From Lentisphaerota bacterium (GTDB lineage Bacteria > Verrucomicrobiota > Kiritimatiellia > UBA8416 > VGWJ01): DNA of 64,000 nucleotides. This document shows, one piece after another, positions 29,139-38,852 of the stretch; the stretch's first letter is position 1; every line of letters begins with the position of its first letter. The notes under the pieces were generated by a model that did not search any database, had not been told where the DNA came from, and saw only the letters and a program-made list of their open reading frames with translations. The stretch lies in assembly GCA_016873635.1 (NCBI GenBank), contig VGWJ01000006.1, positions 3,102 through 67,101 on the forward strand. The letters run 5' to 3'. Both the position numbers and the translations under genes were made by a program.

Positions 29139-30615
29139 CGCCGCAGAACCCGTGCTCGCGCGGATTGCTCATGACGGGGTCGTCGCAGTAGCCGCTGGAC
29201 ACGATCGCCCGCGCCTGCGGGTCAATGGCCCGGAGACGCTGCATGAACTCGCGTCCGCCCATCCCGCCGGCGACGGTGAGGTCCGCGATCACGGCGCCGA
29301 AGGGCCGCCGCTCGGCCATGGCAACGCGGTAGGCCTCCAGCGCCGCGGCGCCATCGGCTGCGACAGTGACCTCGAAATGCAGGCGCTCGAGGTAGCGTTT
29401 GGCCAGGCGGCGCACGGCTTCTTCGTCATCCATGACCAGCAGCCTGCCGCCGCGCGCCGGTCGCGGCGTTCCCGCGGGCGGTTCGGCGACGGCCGCGGCG
29501 GAGGAGGCCGGCAGATAGACCGAAAAGGTGGCGCCGCATCCGAGAGTCGAGACCGCCGTGATCGTGCCGCCGTGCCTATGCACGATGGAAAACGCCGTGG
29601 CCAGCCCCAGTCCGCTGCCTTTCTGCTTCGTCGTGAAATACGGATCGAAAATCCGCGTGAGGTGCTCTTCGGGGATCCCGGGTCCCTGGTCCGCAAAAGT
29701 AATCCTCACGTACGCGCCGGGGCTCAGCGGCAGGCCGTCTCTTGCCGTGACGGCGGCGTTCTCCGCGCAAACACGGATCGTTCCGCCCTGGGGCATGGCC
29801 TGGTCGGCGTTCAGGACGATATTCCCGACGACCTGGGCGATCTGCCCGACGTCTACTTCGACGGCGCGGAGGTCCTGCGCAAGCTCGATCTGGGCGCGCA
29901 CGTCCGATCCGCGCAGCGCAAAGCTCACGGCGTCTTCGAGCACGCCGGAAAGCGCCGTGACCCTCTTTATCGGCACGCCGCCGCGCGCGAAGGTCAGGAG
30001 CTGACGCGTCAGGGACGTCGCGCGCGCCGCGGCGTTCTCCGCCTCGTTGAGCAGTTCGGCGCGCTGGTGGTCGGGCGCCGAGCGCGCCAGCGAGATGTTG
30101 CCGAGAATGCCCATCAGCAGGTTGTTGAAGTCGTGCGCGATGCCGCCGGCCAGGACGCCGAGGCTTTCCAGCTTCTCGATGCGCATGTTCTGCTCGCGTT
30201 CGCGCGCTTCCAGGATCTGCTGCTGCATGCGGTGGCGTTCGATCGCGTGCAGCAGGGCGCGTCGCACATCGTCGCGGTCGGCCTTGCCCTTGACGAGATA
30301 GTCCTGGGCGCCGTGGTGCACCGCTTCCAGGGCGACGCCCTCGTCGTCCATGCCGGTGATCACGACCACGGGCGCGGGGATGCCGGCTTCGTGAATTGTC
30401 TTGAGCGCGTCCAGGCCGCGCGCATCGGGCAGGGACAGGTCCAGCAGCACGGCGTCCGGCGTGGCCGCGCGCAGCGCTTCCAGCGCCGCGGCCAGCGAGG
30501 CGGCGGTCTTCACGGAAATGTGCGGCAGGGCGGAATCGGCCAGCATGGCCCGCACAAGGCTGGCGTCCCGGGGATCGTCCTCCACCAGCAGCACATGGAG
30601 CGTCTCGGCCTGCAT
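29071..30615 (-). CDS. Hybrid sensor histidine kinase/response regulator (REC - HisKA - HATPase_c - REC).
   Basis: MQAETLHVLLVEDD receiver, H-box GIAHDFNNLL, HATPase G-boxes, and a second receiver (LLVMDDEEAV...). ATG at 30615. Confidence 0.85.
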   Translation of the reverse strand: MQAETLHVLLVEDDPRDASLVRAMLADSALPHISVKTAASLAAALEALRAATPDAVLLDLSLPDARGLDALKTIHEAGIPAPVVVITGMDDEGVALEAVHHGAQDYLVKGKADRDDVRRALLHAIERHRMQQQILEAREREQNMRIEKLESLGVLAGGIAHDFNNLLMGILGNISLARSAPDHQRAELLNEAENAAARATSLTRQLLTFARGGVPIKRVTALSGVLEDAVSFALRGSDVRAQIELAQDLRAVEVDVGQIAQVVGNIVLNADQAMPQGGTIRVCAENAAVTARDGLPLSPGAYVRITFADQGPGIPEEHLTRIFDPYFTTKQKGSGLGLATAFSIVHRHGGTITAVSTLGCGATFSVYLPASSAAAVAEPPAGTPRPARGGRLLVMDDEEAVRRLAKRYLERLHFEVTVAADGAAALEAYRVAMAERRPFGAVIADLTVAGGMGGREFMQRLRAIDPQARAIVSSGYCDDPVMSNPREHGFCGVVPKPYRMAELERVLAEVLEDK

Positions 30616-30906
30616 GCCCTGTCTCGCGCAGCGGTTTCCCTGAACCTCTCCCGCCGGCGGAGCGCTCGACGCCGCGTCCCGCAAACAGGGTTTCGGACCG
30701 CTCGGGAAAGAATATAGCGGCTAAAACGTTGTGCTACAAGCGCTATCGACGGCCGCGCAGCCGTGGGCGACGGGCCGGTCGGCCATGCGGCGGGCGCCCT
30801 TGCTTCCCGGCTGTTTCTCCGCGGGCCAAAAGGGTGGCGGCGGCGCGCGCGCGCTGCTATGCTCGGGAGGCGAATCGGGTCCGGGCGGCGGCAAGGAGTA
30901 GCGGAC

Positions 30907-32025
30907 ATGACGGGGCATCGTAAGGCGGAGGTTCACCTCGTGCGGCTTCCCGCGCGGGCCGACGCGGAGCAACTGGCCGGCGCGGCGCGGGGCCTGTGGC
31001 GCGCCATGCGGCTTGAGCGGATTGTCGGCCGCGGCGCGCTGGTGGCGGTCAAGCAGCATTTCGGGGAGGAGGGCAGTCCGAACTACCTGCCGGCGGCGGT
31101 GGCGCGGACGATCGGCGCATGCGTGCGCGAGGCGGGGGGCAAGCCGTTCGCGACCGATTCGAACACGCTCTACAACGGGCGCCGGGCCAATGCCGTCGAC
31201 CACCTGGAGCTGGCCCGGCGGCACGGCTTTTCGCACGAGACCCTTGGTTTCCCGGTAATCATTGCCGACGGCCTGAAGGGCGAGGGGCAGCTGGCGCTGG
31301 ACGGCGAGGGTCCGGTGCTGGAAAAGGTTTTTCTCGCCGGCGCCGGATCGCTGGCCGACGCGGCGATCGTGCTGACGCACGTCACCGGCCACATGGCGGC
31401 CGGCATGGGCGGCAGCATCAAGAACGTGGCCATGGGCTTCGCGGGAAGGGCCGGCAAGCTGCAGCAACATCACGACGCGGAGCCCATATTCTCCAGCGGC
31501 CGGTGCAAGGCCTGCGGCCGTTGCGCAAGGCATTGCCCCACCGCGGCCGTCACCGTGAAGGAATACGCCGTGCTCGATGCCGCGCGCTGCATCGGCTGCG
31601 GCGAGTGTTACGCCTTCTGCCCGCACGGCGCGGTGTCGTTCGACTGGAGCGCCACCAGCGAGGGCCTGCAGCGGAAGATGGCCGAGTACTGCCGCGCGTT
31701 CCACGCGGAGAAGGACGGCCGGGCGGCGTACATGAACTTCGTGACCTGCGTCACGCGAAACTGCGACTGCATGGGCGAGTCGGAGGAGGGCTTGCCGGAC
31801 CTGGGCGTCCTCGGCGCGCTGGATCCGGTCGCCGCCGACGCCGCGGCGCTGGACCTGCTCAACCGGCGCGAAGGGCGGGACGTATTCGGCGACTTCTGGC
31901 CGCAGTGCGATGCGCGCGTGCAGCTCGCGCACGGCGAACGGATCGGCCTTGGCACGACCCGCTACGAGCTCATCGAGACGCCGGCGGCGGCTACTATGCG
32001 GTGTCCGCAAAAGGGAGGCGCATGA
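30907..32025 (+). CDS. DUF362-domain protein with a C-terminal 2x[4Fe-4S] ferredoxin-like segment (CKACGRCARHC ... CIGCGECYAFC).
   Basis: DUF362 core (VAVKQHFGEEGSPNYLP..., ATDSNTLY) plus two CxxCxxCxxxC motifs. ATG at 30907. Confidence 0.8.
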   Translation: MTGHRKAEVHLVRLPARADAEQLAGAARGLWRAMRLERIVGRGALVAVKQHFGEEGSPNYLPAAVARTIGACVREAGGKPFATDSNTLYNGRRANAVDHLELARRHGFSHETLGFPVIIADGLKGEGQLALDGEGPVLEKVFLAGAGSLADAAIVLTHVTGHMAAGMGGSIKNVAMGFAGRAGKLQQHHDAEPIFSSGRCKACGRCARHCPTAAVTVKEYAVLDAARCIGCGECYAFCPHGAVSFDWSATSEGLQRKMAEYCRAFHAEKDGRAAYMNFVTCVTRNCDCMGESEEGLPDLGVLGALDPVAADAAALDLLNRREGRDVFGDFWPQCDARVQLAHGERIGLGTTRYELIETPAAATMRCPQKGGA

Positions 32026-33539
32026 AAAAGGTCGGCTTCGACAACGAGAAGTACCTCGGGGAACAGTCACGGGCCATCATCGAGCGGGCGCAGAGCTTCG
32101 GCAACCGCCTCTACCTTGAATTCGGCGGCAAGCTGCTGTTCGACATGCACGCGTCACGCGTGCTGTCCGGCTTCGATCCCAACGTGAAGATGCGCCTGCT
32201 GCAGAAGCTCAGGGACTGCGCCGACATCCTGCTGTGCATTCACGCCGGCGACATCGAGCGCAAGAAGCTGCGGGCGGACTTCGGCATCACCTACGACGCG
32301 GACGCCCTCAAGCTGATCGACGATATCCGGGACTGGCAGCTCGACGTCGCGGGCGTGGTTGTCACGCGCTTTGACGACCAGCCTTCCGTGCGGCAGTTCA
32401 TGCGGCGGCTGGAGCGGCACGGCATACGCACCTACACGCACCGTCCGATCAAGGGGTATCCCGCCAACCTGGACCTCATCGTCAGCGACGAGGGCTACGG
32501 CGCGAACAGCTACATCGAGACGTCCAAGCCCATCCTGGTGGTGACCGGTCCGGGCCCCGGCAGCGGCAAGATGGCCACCTGCCTTTCGCAGCTCTACCAC
32601 GCGCACAGGCGCGGAATGCACTGCGGCTACGCGAAGTTCGAAACGTTCCCCATCTGGAACCTGCCGCTGAAACACCCCGTCAACGTGGCGTACGAAGCCG
32701 CGACCTGCGATATCGCGGACTTCAACCTGATCGACCCCTTCCACCTGGAGGCCTACGGCCAGACGGCCGTGAACTACAACCGCGACGTGGAGGCTTTTCC
32801 GCTGCTCAAGCGCATCCTGGGGCGGATCATGGGCGACAACGTCTGCTACCGTTCGCCCACGGACATGGGCGTCAACCGCGCCGGCTTCGCGATCAGCGAC
32901 GACGCGGCCGTGCGCCATTCCGCCAACCAGGAGATCATCCGGCGGTATTTTCGCTACCACTGCGAGTACGCCATGGGCTTCGCCGTGCGGGAGACGGTCG
33001 ACCGCATAGAGACGATCATGGAAGCCTGCGACCTGCAGCCGGAGATGCGCGATGTCGTGGGCGCGGCGCGCGAGGCCGCGGATGGGGCGCGGCGGGCCTC
33101 GGGCAAGGGGCACGACGGCGTATTCTGCGGCGCGGCGCTCGGTCTGGGGGAGGGGGCCATCGTGGCGGGCCGCAATTCGCCGCTGATGCACGCCTCTTCC
33201 AGCGTCGTGCTCAACGCCGTCAAGCGCCTGGCCGGCGTACCGCGCGAGATACCGCTGCTGTCGGAGCACGTGATCGAGTCCATCGCGCGCATGAAGCAGG
33301 AAGTGCTGGAATCCCGGAACGCGAGCCTGAGCCTGGACGAGACGCTCATCGCCCTGGCCATCAGCGCCACGCAGAATCCGACCGCGCGCGTGGCCATTGA
33401 AAAGCTGCGCGAGCTGCGCGACTGCGAGGTGCACCTCACGCACATGCCGGCGCCGGGCGACGAGGCCGGCCTGCGGCGCCTGGGCGTGAACCTGACCAGC
33501 GATCCGAACTACGCCAGCAGGGAGTTGTTCGTGACGTGA
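32022..33539 (+). CDS. UPF0371/DUF1846-family protein.
   Basis: MKKVGFDNEKYLGEQSRAIIERAQSFGNRLYLEFGGKLLFD... matches the family N-terminus. SD GGGAGG. The ATG overlaps the DUF362 stop (ATGA). Confidence 0.85.
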   Translation: MKKVGFDNEKYLGEQSRAIIERAQSFGNRLYLEFGGKLLFDMHASRVLSGFDPNVKMRLLQKLRDCADILLCIHAGDIERKKLRADFGITYDADALKLIDDIRDWQLDVAGVVVTRFDDQPSVRQFMRRLERHGIRTYTHRPIKGYPANLDLIVSDEGYGANSYIETSKPILVVTGPGPGSGKMATCLSQLYHAHRRGMHCGYAKFETFPIWNLPLKHPVNVAYEAATCDIADFNLIDPFHLEAYGQTAVNYNRDVEAFPLLKRILGRIMGDNVCYRSPTDMGVNRAGFAISDDAAVRHSANQEIIRRYFRYHCEYAMGFAVRETVDRIETIMEACDLQPEMRDVVGAAREAADGARRASGKGHDGVFCGAALGLGEGAIVAGRNSPLMHASSSVVLNAVKRLAGVPREIPLLSEHVIESIARMKQEVLESRNASLSLDETLIALAISATQNPTARVAIEKLRELRDCEVHLTHMPAPGDEAGLRRLGVNLTSDPNYASRELFVT

Positions 33540-33621
33540 CCGTGCCGCGGGGGATGCGCCGGCGGCGGTCCCGCGCGGGGAAACGTCAGAGGAGCATGGC
33601 GCCACGAAAGCGCGACCGAAC

Positions 33622-34578
33622 ATGCGGACCGGGCTTCACCGCGCGATCGTGGTGGCCAACCCGCACGGGTTCTGCGCGGGGGTGAGGCGCGCCGTCGCTT
33701 TGCTCGAGGCGGCGCTGCGCGATTCCGACGGTCCCGTCTACTGCCTGAACGAGATCGTCCACAACCGGCAGGTCGTGGAGCGACTGGGCGGGCGCGGCGT
33801 GCGCTTCGTGCGCGATCCGCGGGAAGTCCCGCGCGGAGCGCGCGTGGTGTTCAGCGCGCACGGGGTGGCTCCGGCCGTGAGGGAGGCGGCCCGCCGCCGC
33901 GGGCTGCGCGTGGTGGACGCCACCTGCCCCTTCGTGAGCAAGCTGCACGCCGAGGTGCGCGCGTATGCCTCCGCCGGCTATACCGTGCTGCTCATCGGCC
34001 ACCACGGCCATGACGAGATCGTCGGCATCCAGGGCGAGGCCCCCGCCAACGTGGTGGTGATCGCAAACGCCGCGGAAGCCCGTTCGGTCCGCGTGCCGGA
34101 TCGGGCAAGGTTGGCGGTGGTCACGCAAACCACGTTGAATATCGACGAAGCGGAGCGCGTCATGCGGGTTCTGCGCGGGCGTTTTCCGCGGCTTGAGACG
34201 CCGCCGACCAAGGGCATCTGCCGCGCGACGATCAACCGCCAGGAGGCCGCAAAGCTCCTGGCCGGCAGGGCGGGGCTGATCCTGGTGCTCGGCTCGCGCA
34301 ACAGCTCCAATACGCGCCGGCTGGTGGAGGTCGCGGAAGCCGCCGGCGCGAGAGCCTGTCTGGTCGACGCGCCGGAGGCGCTGCCGGACGCCGAACTGCG
34401 CGCGGCCGGGACAATCGGGATCACCGCCGGCGCGTCCACGCCGGAGGAATTCGTCGCCGCCGTGGTCGCGGAGCTCAGGCAACGCGGCTTCGATCGCGTT
34501 GAGCGCGTCGCGGGACCGGAAGAACGCATGCGTTTTCCCGTTCCGGACGCACTGCGCCGCGCCGCGAAACGCCGCTAG
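33622..34578 (+). CDS. ispH: 4-hydroxy-3-methylbut-2-enyl diphosphate reductase IspH/LytB.
   Basis: GFCAGV, the three Cys ligands (CAGV / ATCPFV / KGICRAT), SSNTRRL. Confidence 0.9.
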   Translation: MRTGLHRAIVVANPHGFCAGVRRAVALLEAALRDSDGPVYCLNEIVHNRQVVERLGGRGVRFVRDPREVPRGARVVFSAHGVAPAVREAARRRGLRVVDATCPFVSKLHAEVRAYASAGYTVLLIGHHGHDEIVGIQGEAPANVVVIANAAEARSVRVPDRARLAVVTQTTLNIDEAERVMRVLRGRFPRLETPPTKGICRATINRQEAAKLLAGRAGLILVLGSRNSSNTRRLVEVAEAAGARACLVDAPEALPDAELRAAGTIGITAGASTPEEFVAAVVAELRQRGFDRVERVAGPEERMRFPVPDALRRAAKRR

Positions 34579-35210
34579 GCCGCGATCAGCTGCTTGGCCA
34601 GGTCCGCCGCGGAGGCGGCGTCCGGCGCGTAGCCGTCGGCGCCGATCTCGTCGCAGAATGCCTGGGTCACGGGCGCGCCGCCGATCATGACCTTGGCCCG
34701 GGCGGCGATGTCCGACGCCTTCACCTGCTCGACCACGGCCTTCATGTTGGTCATGGTGGTGGTCAGCAGCGCCGAGACGCCGATAACCCCGGCCTTGTTG
34801 TCGCGGGCGCCGGACACGAACTTCTCGGGGGGAACGTCGATCCCGAGGTCGACGACCTTGAAGCCGGCGCCCTCCAGCATCATGGCCACGAGGTTCTTGC
34901 CGATATCGTGCAGGTCGCCCTTGACGGTTCCGATGACGGCCGTGGCCAACGGCTCGACGCCGGCGGCGGCCAGGCGCGGCTGCAGAACAGCCATGCCGGC
35001 TTTCATGGCGCGCGCGGCGATCAGCACTTCGGGCACGTAGACCTCGTTCTTCTTGAAGCGCTCGCCCACCACGCTCATGCCGGCCAGGAGCCCCTCGTTC
35101 AGGATCTTGCCGGGCGGCAGGTTCTCCGCCAGCGCCTTCTCCACCAGCGCCTTGACGTCGTTGGCCTTGCCCTTCATCAGGTTTTCCGCGATCTGCTCGA
35201 CTAGCGTCAT
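34575..35210 (-). CDS. Corrinoid (cobalamin)-binding protein, MtaC/MtbC-like: N-terminal helical cap plus B12-binding Rossmann domain with the DxHxxG motif (GDLHDIGKN).
   Basis: Motifs GTVKGDLHDIGKNLV, GVSALLTTT, MIGGAP. ATG at 35210. Confidence 0.8.
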   Translation of the reverse strand: MTLVEQIAENLMKGKANDVKALVEKALAENLPPGKILNEGLLAGMSVVGERFKKNEVYVPEVLIAARAMKAGMAVLQPRLAAAGVEPLATAVIGTVKGDLHDIGKNLVAMMLEGAGFKVVDLGIDVPPEKFVSGARDNKAGVIGVSALLTTTMTNMKAVVEQVKASDIAARAKVMIGGAPVTQAFCDEIGADGYAPDAASAADLAKQLIAA

Positions 35211-35365
35211 GGCTGCCTCCTCCTTCCGCGTTTGCGCGGGGTCATGGAAGCGGAATCGCGCCCGCGCGGATAGGCCGTCTTTTTCGTGAAGTATAACGAA
35301 TTTGTTGCTTTTGGATTGAAATACGCGCAAAGGTGTGAATATTTGAGCGGTCCGAAGGACTGAAT

Positions 35366-36562
35366 ATGGCGATTTTGTCGAAACGCATCCTGGCCGACGT
35401 GCGCCACGAGTATCACCGGCGTTTCGGGCTGCGTCCGCGGCTGATGGATTTCGCCGGGCGGACCGGCGGCGCCGCCGACCCGCTTGACGCTCTGGCCGGA
35501 GTGCGCCGGCGGCGCGACTACGCCCTGCAGCAGAGCATCGGCGAGGGGCGCGCCTTCGTTTACGAGGCGGCGCCCGGCGTGGCCGCCTGGGTTCTGGGGC
35601 TTGAGGACCGGCGCATGGTGCACGGCGGCCTGCTCGCCGGCGAGGTGCGGGCGGGTGCGGACGGGGAAGCCCCGGCGTGCCTGGCGCGGATGGGCATGGG
35701 CCGTCGCGAGGCCGAGCGTTTTGTGGCGCGGCTGCCCAGGTGGCCGGCGCAGCGCGTGACCGAGGCGGCGGACGCGCTCTACGAGGTCTTCTACGCCGTG
35801 AGCGGCTGGACGCCGGCGCTGTTGCGGGAGAACCGTTTGCGCGTCATGCAGGAGCGCCAGATCCAGGAGGCCGCGGAAGACCAGCGGCGGCGCGGGGGCC
35901 AGGCGTTGTATGCCTTCGAAAAGGAGCGCATGCTGCTGGCGAACATCAGGGCCGGCGACCGCAACGGCGCGCGACGGATCCTGAACGACATGCTGGCCGC
36001 GATCTACCTGTCGTCGCCGAAACTGGTGGTGCTGCGGGCGCGCGCCGTGGAACTGATGAGCTGTCTTACGCGCGCGGCGATAGAGGACAACCAGTTGCTG
36101 GAGCCGCTCATCGACCGCAACCACGCCTGGACCGAGCGGCTGGTGCACGCCGGGAGCTTCGAGGATCTGTCGGTGCAGTTGATGGACGCGCTCGATGAGT
36201 TCATCGACGGCATCTACCTGCACGGCATGAACCGCTCCAACGAAAAGGTGCGGGCGGCGCTGGACCTGATCGGGCGGGGATACGCCGGGCGCATCAGCCT
36301 GCGCACGGTGGCCGCGGGCGTGGGGTTGAGCCCGGTGCGCCTGTCACACCTCGTGAAGGCCTTGACGGGTCGCACCGTCGGCCAGGTGATCCGGGAAGTG
36401 CGCGTCAGGCATGCCCAGCAGATGCTGGAGCGCACGTCCAGAAGCTGCGCCGAGATTGGCTACGAAGCGGGCTTCGGCGATCAAAGCTACTTCATCAAAC
36501 ACTTCAAGCGGCTGACCGGCGTGACGCCGGCCCGCTACCGGCGCCGCCTGCAGGCCCCTTGA
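35366..36562 (+). CDS. AraC-family transcriptional regulator with an N-terminal ligand/sensing domain and C-terminal double HTH.
   Basis: C-terminal ...ISLRTVAAGVGLSPVRLSHLVKALTG...GFGDQSYFIKHFKRLTGVTPARYRR. Confidence 0.85.
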   Translation: MAILSKRILADVRHEYHRRFGLRPRLMDFAGRTGGAADPLDALAGVRRRRDYALQQSIGEGRAFVYEAAPGVAAWVLGLEDRRMVHGGLLAGEVRAGADGEAPACLARMGMGRREAERFVARLPRWPAQRVTEAADALYEVFYAVSGWTPALLRENRLRVMQERQIQEAAEDQRRRGGQALYAFEKERMLLANIRAGDRNGARRILNDMLAAIYLSSPKLVVLRARAVELMSCLTRAAIEDNQLLEPLIDRNHAWTERLVHAGSFEDLSVQLMDALDEFIDGIYLHGMNRSNEKVRAALDLIGRGYAGRISLRTVAAGVGLSPVRLSHLVKALTGRTVGQVIREVRVRHAQQMLERTSRSCAEIGYEAGFGDQSYFIKHFKRLTGVTPARYRRRLQAP

Positions 36563-36750
36563 CCGCCGCTCACTTTTCCGCCCGAATCGCATTGCGCAAC
36601 GGACGGGATGGTGGAAATATGATTCCGCAGCAGGGCGCGGTCGGCCCTCGCCGGGCCGCAACCGTTCGACGGGCGCAATCAGCGCGCCTTGCGGGATTTT
36701 CGGGGCGCGGGCGGCGGAGACGCCGGGGCGGCGGAAAGGAACAAGGCAAC

Positions 36751-37185
36751 ATGAAGATCGAATGCCGGGTCGGTTTGTTCGCGGTTCTGCTGGGGCTGGC
36801 GAGCATGCATTGCCGGGGAGAGGGGGCGGGGGGCGGCGGCGTCGGCTGGGAGGAGATTGACAAGATCTACGGCTTCGGCAGCGAGAGAACCGAAGAGCAG
36901 AAGGCGGAGCTGTGGGGGCAGTACAAGGGGAAGAAGGTGCAATGGAAAGGCACCGTCACAAGCGTGTCCGAGACGTGGGGCAACCTTGCCGTGCAGGTCA
37001 GAATGAATCCGGCGACGCTTACCTCCGACGTGCTGATAATCCTGAAGGAGTCGGAAAGAGACAAGGCTTCGCGGCTGAAGGTGGGCACCTCGGCGACCTT
37101 CGAGGGCTTGCTTGACGCATGGGGCGCGGTGATTCCGATCAGCCTCGTTCAGGGCGAAATCCTGCAGTGGGATCTGCTGCTTTAG
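36751..37185 (+). CDS. Hypothetical secreted/lipoprotein (MKIECRVGLFAVLLGLASMHC).
   Basis: ATG at 36751 with GGAAAGGAACAAGG upstream. Signal peptide present. Confidence 0.5.
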   Translation: MKIECRVGLFAVLLGLASMHCRGEGAGGGGVGWEEIDKIYGFGSERTEEQKAELWGQYKGKKVQWKGTVTSVSETWGNLAVQVRMNPATLTSDVLIILKESERDKASRLKVGTSATFEGLLDAWGAVIPISLVQGEILQWDLLL

Positions 37186-38852
37186 AACTCCCGCCGGGCG
37201 AGGGAGCGCGCGGCCAGCCGCAGGGGGAGGGCCGTGGCGAGAGCGGTGAGCGCCAGCAGCCAGGCCGACGCGGCGGCGAGCCCGAGGCGGAAGTGGAAGG
37301 GCGTCAGGGATCCGACGGCCCGCCAGTGAAACAGCGCCCCGAACGGGACGATAGCCGCCAGCATGAAGGCCAGGCTGAGCACAAGGTTCAGCGTTCCCCC
37401 GAAGCCGGAGACGATGGCGGCGGGATTGGACTGGCGCAGATCCAGGAAGACCGCGCCCAGTCCGGTCGACAGCCCGCACACGGCCAGGGTTACGGCCGAA
37501 GCCAGGGCCACGGCCGTCACGCGGGCGACCCACGCGACGTGCAGCATGGCGCCCGACAGCATGGTCAGGCTCACGGTAACGGCGGTCAGGCCGAGCGCGG
37601 AGCTGAGGAATTTCGTCAGCAGGATGCGGCCCAGGCGCGCCGGGGAAAGGCCCACGACCCAGAAGGCCTGGCCTTCCAGGCTGAGCTGGGGATAGACGAA
37701 CCGCGAGCCGAGCGAGCACATGACGGCCGACACGCTGAACACGTTGAGCAGCGAGATGGCGCTGCGCCAGACGTCAGGCAGCACGTGGTAGCGGAATGTC
37801 CGCAGGTTGGCGAAATACAGCGCCAGCAGGCCGAAGAAGATCAGCGCCTGCGACCACTGCAGGGGGTCGCGCAGGAATGACCGCAGATCCTTCGCCAGGA
37901 CGCCCCGGACGTCGCCGGGCAGGAAAGCCAGCCGGCGGCTGATGCCGTTCAGCAGGAAGGGGGCGTGCCGGGCGGAGGCGCCGCCGGCGGACCGTTCCCA
38001 CGCGGGATAGAAGAGCCGCCCGCCCAGCCATTCCACGAGCACCACGCCCAGGCAGGCCCAGGAAACCAGGGTGGCCAGCAGCAGCGCTCCGCGCGCGAGG
38101 CCACCCCGGGCCATGGTCAGGATGCCCTCCGCGATCCACCAGTTCGGCAGCAGGGGGTTGGAGGCCGCGGTGAAACCGGGCACGAGGCGCGTCAGGGCGA
38201 AGGTGGTATGCCCGGCGCCCAGCAGAACCGGGATGCTCGAGCGCCAGCGCCACAGGATAAAGGCCGCGGCGGCGATCACGGCCGCGGCGCACCACTGCAG
38301 CAGGCGGGCGCGCGGGAACCAGCGCACCAGCAGGAACGTGAACAGCGCGCCGACGGCGGAGCACAGCACCAGGAAAGGCGCCGAAAACACGAAAGCCCAC
38401 AGCGCGAAGAGCAAACTCATGCGCTGGTGCACCGCGTAGGCGCCGGCGAAGGGAATGACAATGATGAAGAAGGCCCAGGAAGAAAAAGCGGTCGACTCCA
38501 GGAACTTGTAGACGGTGATGGCGGACATGCGGAAGGGATGCACCAGCAGAAAGGGAATCTCCTCGGAGCGGAAGATCGTGGAATAGGCCGACACGACGCC
38601 CGACACGGCAAGCATGGCGCCCATGCCCAGGAAGAACACGCCGAACAGGCGGTCGATCAGGATGCCGCCGGCCCCGCCGATCTTGGCGAAGAACCGGAAA
38701 CCGTCCAGGAAAAGGAAAAACAGGCCGGATTCCATCAGCAGGGCGAACAGCAGGATGAACCAGAACTTGAGCGACGACTGCTCGCGCAGGATACGGCCGA
38801 GGTTGACGGCCGAGCGGCGGCACTTGAAGACGAGGGCGCTTCGGGCGCTCAT
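37182..38852 (-). CDS. Large ABC-2-type transporter permease (556 aa, >10 TM).
   Basis: Hydrophobic multi-TM composition. Start overlaps the upstream ATPase gene's stop. Confidence 0.8.
   Translation of the reverse strand: MSARSALVFKCRRSAVNLGRILREQSSLKFWFILLFALLMESGLFFLFLDGFRFFAKIGGAGGILIDRLFGVFFLGMGAMLAVSGVVSAYSTIFRSEEIPFLLVHPFRMSAITVYKFLESTAFSSWAFFIIVIPFAGAYAVHQRMSLLFALWAFVFSAPFLVLCSAVGALFTFLLVRWFPRARLLQWCAAAVIAAAAFILWRWRSSIPVLLGAGHTTFALTRLVPGFTAASNPLLPNWWIAEGILTMARGGLARGALLLATLVSWACLGVVLVEWLGGRLFYPAWERSAGGASARHAPFLLNGISRRLAFLPGDVRGVLAKDLRSFLRDPLQWSQALIFFGLLALYFANLRTFRYHVLPDVWRSAISLLNVFSVSAVMCSLGSRFVYPQLSLEGQAFWVVGLSPARLGRILLTKFLSSALGLTAVTVSLTMLSGAMLHVAWVARVTAVALASAVTLAVCGLSTGLGAVFLDLRQSNPAAIVSGFGGTLNLVLSLAFMLAAIVPFGALFHWRAVGSLTPFHFRLGLAAASAWLLALTALATALPLRLAARSLARREF

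Noticed and set aside
31119-32021. N-terminal 300 aa of ORF 31119..33539
   Set aside because: Arg/Gly-rich and fully overlapping the DUF362 gene in another frame. The real DUF1846 gene starts at the ATG at 32022, with a good SD.
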